64,000 nucleotides of DNA, from positions 64,169 to 128,168 of the forward strand of contig CAVSCD010000014.1 in NCBI GenBank assembly GCA_963726335.1, written 5' to 3'. Below the pieces are notes generated by a model, which searched no databases, was not told where the DNA came from, and saw only the letters and a list, made by a program, of their open reading frames with translations. Numbering within the stretch: the first letter of the stretch is position 1; each line of letters begins with the position of its first letter. This document shows, piece after piece, positions 63,299 to 64,000 of this stretch. The DNA comes from Candidatus Aminicenantes bacterium. Its GTDB lineage: Bacteria > Acidobacteriota > Aminicenantia > Aminicenantales > UBA8522. The translations under genes were made by a program, and so were the position numbers.

Positions 63299-64000
63299 CT
63301 ATGCGGCGGTCTTCTTGGGAGCCTTGGCGGTGAGCTCCAGCCGCTCCTGGGCCTTCTCGGCGAGCTCGCTCTTGGGGAAATCGGTGACGAGCTTGGTGAA
63401 GAAGGGAACGGCCTCTTCGACTTTGTTGGCCAGGTAATAGGAGTCGGCCAAATAAAAATAGACCTCGTCCATCTTCGAGAACGACGGGTACCCCGTTATG
63501 ATCTCCGTCAGCCGGCTGATCGCGGCTTTGTACGCTTTCTGCTTGTAATAAAGCTGGCCGATGCTCAAGGCGTGGGTGGCCAGGCGCTCCTCGCAGTCGG
63601 CGATCATGGCGGGGGCTTTGCCGGCCTCCTCGGAGGTGGGGAAGCTCGCGATGACCTTCCGGAACTCGACGAGCGCCTGGGTGGTCTTGGTCTGGTCCCG
63701 CCCCGGCTTCAGCGCCTTCTCGTAGTAACTCAGGGCGATCTGATACTGGGCGTAGGGGGTTGACGGGCTGAAGGGATAGAGCTGGATGAACTCCCGATAC
63801 TCCGAGGCGGCCAGAATCATGCTTCCCTCGTCGCCTTTTGCGAAGTAGGAATCGGCCATCGCCAGCTTGGCCCGCTGCGCGTAGAAGCTCTTGGGGAAGG
63901 ACTCGATCACCTGGCGAAAATAGAGCCGGGCCTTTTCCGCGTCTTTTTTCGCGGCTTCCTGGCCCGCCCTGAACAGGGCCTCATCCGAGGCCGCCAGCTC
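63299..64000 (-). CDS. bamD: TPR-repeat outer-membrane lipoprotein, BamD/YfiO-like; 5' end lies beyond the window
   Basis: The frame is open to the window edge. The product has TPR-like repeats with conserved aromatic pattern (YQIALSYYEKA, GQLYYKQKAY). Confidence 0.55.
   Translation of the reverse strand, partial: ELAASDEALFRAGQEAAKKDAEKARLYFRQVIESFPKSFYAQRAKLAMADSYFAKGDEGSMILAASEYREFIQLYPFSPSTPYAQYQIALSYYEKALKPGRDQTKTTQALVEFRKVIASFPTSEEAGKAPAMIADCEERLATHALSIGQLYYKQKAYKAAISRLTEIITGYPSFSKMDEVYFYLADSYYLANKVEEAVPFFTKLVTDFPKSELAEKAQERLELTAKAPKKTAA

Overview
This is a high-GC (about 65%) bacterial chromosomal segment, gene-dense on both strands. The gene content (a TonB-dependent receptor with a carboxypeptidase-regulatory domain, a GWxTD-like lipoprotein, a sulfatase–TPR fusion, many secreted peptidases) suggests an Acidobacteriota-like genome. 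Most of the window is housekeeping. The main blocks are ileS-lspA-lgt-rluD, an EF-G paralogue, a TCA-cycle cluster (sucD, sucC, class-I fumarase beta subunit, mdh, icd) divergent from acnB, a split methylmalonyl-CoA-mutase locus, def-fmt, an OPT transporter, mreBCD-mrdA-rodA followed by a fused B12-radical-SAM/DUF2344 gene, an acyl-CoA dehydrogenase, the nusA-infB-DUF503-rbfA-nrnA-truB block, an H+-pyrophosphatase, miaB, recN, an S8 peptidase and a partial bamD-like gene. I found no rRNA, tRNA, CRISPR array, transposase or integrase. The features not explained by ordinary gene content are: (1) a dispersed 100–140-nt GC-rich intergenic repeat family with a central G6C6 palindrome, present in three copies; (2) a 135-bp element with 26-bp perfect terminal inverted repeats just 3' of sucD; (3) a 2.7-kb zone in which both icd and acnB carry many frameshifts at short homopolymers while their neighbours are intact, plus isolated frameshifts in truB and at the radical-SAM gene start; (4) an AT-rich island with perfect palindromes upstream of the TonB-dependent receptor gene; (5) a 620-bp non-coding gap with nested stems upstream of an uncharacterised small ORF; and (6) several accessory secreted or outer-membrane modules (ChaN-PDZ with M14 peptidase, a PKD-domain beta-barrel protein, an orphan ExbD, tandem DUF507 genes).
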